Positions 62,433-64,000 of a DNA stretch of 64,000 nt are shown in pieces (position 1 is the stretch's first letter; every line of letters begins with the position of its first letter). Under the pieces are notes generated by a model. That model was not told where the DNA came from, did not search any database, and saw nothing but the letters and a program-made list of their open reading frames with translations. The DNA is from Prevotella sp. Lineage in GTDB: Bacteria; Bacteroidota; Bacteroidia; Bacteroidales; Bacteroidaceae. The DNA is taken from assembly GCA_017474845.1 (NCBI GenBank), contig JAFVGS010000016.1, positions 2,303-66,302 on the forward strand, written 5' to 3'. A program made the translations under genes and the position numbers.

Positions 62433-63203
62433 TTATTTGAAAATAGACACCAATAATGTGGCCACAGATATTAGGATACCTGTTGCCGAAAGCCACAAAC
62501 TCGTAGATGTTCCGATAGTAGAGCTTTTTGCTCTAACTTTATTAGGCTCCACGTAGAGGATATCATTCTGCTGAAGGTAATAGTAGGGCGAATTCACAAT
62601 GTTTGCATCGTTCAGGTCTAACGAATGATAGCTCTTGTTCCCTTCATTGTCTTCACGAATGAGGGTTACATTGTTGCGAACACCGTAGATAGTCAGGTCG
62701 CCGGCCCTTGACAACGCTTCAAGCACATTGATCTTCTCGCGGGCCACCGTAAAAGTGCCTGGCTGGTTCACCTCCCCCAGTACCGAGATGGAGAAACTCG
62801 ACATGCGAACTGTCACAACAGGGTTTTCCGACTCAGCCAGATAAGGACTGATGGCCTGACGGATCATCTGTTCTGCCTCGTTCTTTGTCAGTCCGCCAAC
62901 CTTCAACTCACCTACCACTGGAAACTGAATCTTCCCGTCATTATCCACTAAGTAGGTCTGAATCTGTGTCTGGGTAGTCGGTGTCACCAGATTGAACTGA
63001 GAGGCAGCACTGGGCGTGGTAGTGTTGACTACGATAGACAGCACATCCTTCGGCATAATTCGGGCATCTACCAGATAGCCCTTGACGGCCTTGTCCAATG
63101 CCTCGCGATTCTGAAAATACGTCACGTTCTTGTAGGAGCCGCATGATGTCAGCAGACATACTGCCGCAAATACCAAGAATAGTAGGATTTGGTTCTTTTT
63201 CAT
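62433..63203 (-). CDS. wza: Polysaccharide export lipoprotein Wza
   Basis: Lipobox LTSC; VD.DG.I.FP.VG, SLBB GEV..PG and AGDLT motifs. Confidence 0.92.
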   Translation of the reverse strand: MKKNQILLFLVFAAVCLLTSCGSYKNVTYFQNREALDKAVKGYLVDARIMPKDVLSIVVNTTTPSAASQFNLVTPTTQTQIQTYLVDNDGKIQFPVVGELKVGGLTKNEAEQMIRQAISPYLAESENPVVTVRMSSFSISVLGEVNQPGTFTVAREKINVLEALSRAGDLTIYGVRNNVTLIREDNEGNKSYHSLDLNDANIVNSPYYYLQQNDILYVEPNKVRAKSSTIGTSTSLWLSATGILISVATLLVSIFK

Positions 63204-63361
63204 ATGTGATGATGATTTGTTTACGAATGAAGACAAAAAGAGAGGGTCACCCTGTTTTCGCAGGATGGCTGACATATACAGTTCAATGTCCTTTACCCTC
63301 ATAATGCACTGATACCCAGCCACATTACGCATTCCAAACATTGATATGGCATATAATTGGG

Positions 63362-63475
63362 TGCAAAGTTAATAAAAAAAAAGGATAACGGATAATGGAT
63401 AACGGATAATTTTAGACGGCGGAAACAGATTTTTCACTTTTCACTTTTCACTTTTCACTTTTTTATGTACCTTTG
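63362..63475. promoter_or_regulatory. Divergent promoters for the wza operon and upxY, containing simple repeats
   Basis: TAACTTTG (minus, 63364-63371) and TACCTTTG (plus, 63468-63475); A9, (GGATAAY)4 and (TTTTCAC)4 lie between them. Confidence 0.7.
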
Positions 63476-63483
63476 TCCCCGAA

Positions 63484-64000
63484 ATGGAAAGTAACGAAGT
63501 CATCAGATGGTACCCCATGCGGGTCACCTACCACCGTGAACTGAAGATCAAACAGCAACTTGATACCTTGGGCATAGACAGTTTTGTGCCCATGCACTAC
63601 GACTTGGCCGACGCTTCCGACGGTCCCCGCAAGACGCTTGTTCCAGCCATCCACAACCTCATCTTCGTCCACGCCTCCCAAGAGGTCCTGACACGCCTGA
63701 AAATGCATCGGAAAGAATTTGACCCCATGAGATACATGACGAAGACCTGTCCCGATGGACACAAAGAGCTGCTTTACGTTCCAGACCGTCAGATGGAGAA
63801 CTTCATAAAGGTCGCCTCCGCACAAGACGAATCTGTCATTTTTCTTGACGTCAGAGACTCCGCCAACATGGGCCGTCGTGTCCGCATCACCGCAGGCCGT
63901 TTCAAGGGTGTCGAGGGGGTCATCAAACGCATCAAGAAGAACAAATTCTTCCTCATACAGATCGACGGCGTAGCTGCCGTCGCCATCACCTACGTCCCCG
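63484..64000 (+). CDS. upxY: UpxY/NusG-family antiterminator, 3' partial (absent from the ORF track)
   Basis: MESNEVIRWYPMRVTYHRE..FVPM..PAIHNLIFV..VRITAGRFKGVEG (NGN + KOW domains). Confidence 0.9.
   Translation, partial: MESNEVIRWYPMRVTYHRELKIKQQLDTLGIDSFVPMHYDLADASDGPRKTLVPAIHNLIFVHASQEVLTRLKMHRKEFDPMRYMTKTCPDGHKELLYVPDRQMENFIKVASAQDESVIFLDVRDSANMGRRVRITAGRFKGVEGVIKRIKKNKFFLIQIDGVAAVAITYVP

Noticed and set aside
63204-63341. Longer N-terminus for Wza
   Set aside because: The lipoprotein signal starts at 63203; the region is better explained as a leader.

Overview
Chromosomal window from a Bacteroidota organism, most likely Prevotella-like, judged from TAnnTTTG -7 promoters, the bat operon, DUF4295 and UpxY. 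Bases 1-48.4 kb are mostly core genes: peptidases, system II cytochrome c maturation genes, deoD, queA, the moxR-bat operon, HU proteins, rimO, ftsY, rpmB/rpmG, tsaD, map, nadC, uxuA/uxuB, a GH2 beta-galactosidase, nth, an ECF sigma operon, rnz, mazG and valS. From 48.4 kb, an HPr-kinase-like gene and a PqqD/RRE gene converge on a nucleotidyltransferase that ends an AT-rich Wzx/Wzy polysaccharide operon, with a divergent upxY at the right edge. The most notable observations are: (1) a kinase + PqqD + nucleotidyltransferase RiPP-like module with no cyclase or precursor in view, attached to the glycan locus; (2) REP-like palindromes read in frame inside queA and tsaD; (3) 7/8-mer simple repeats that encode signal-peptide cores and form inverted pairs across start codons; (4) a candidate sRNA complementary to an A-rich start-codon region; (5) a structured wza leader; (6) a cstA deletion scar. 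No tRNA, rRNA, CRISPR array or transposase was seen. All family calls come from motif recognition by eye, not database searches.
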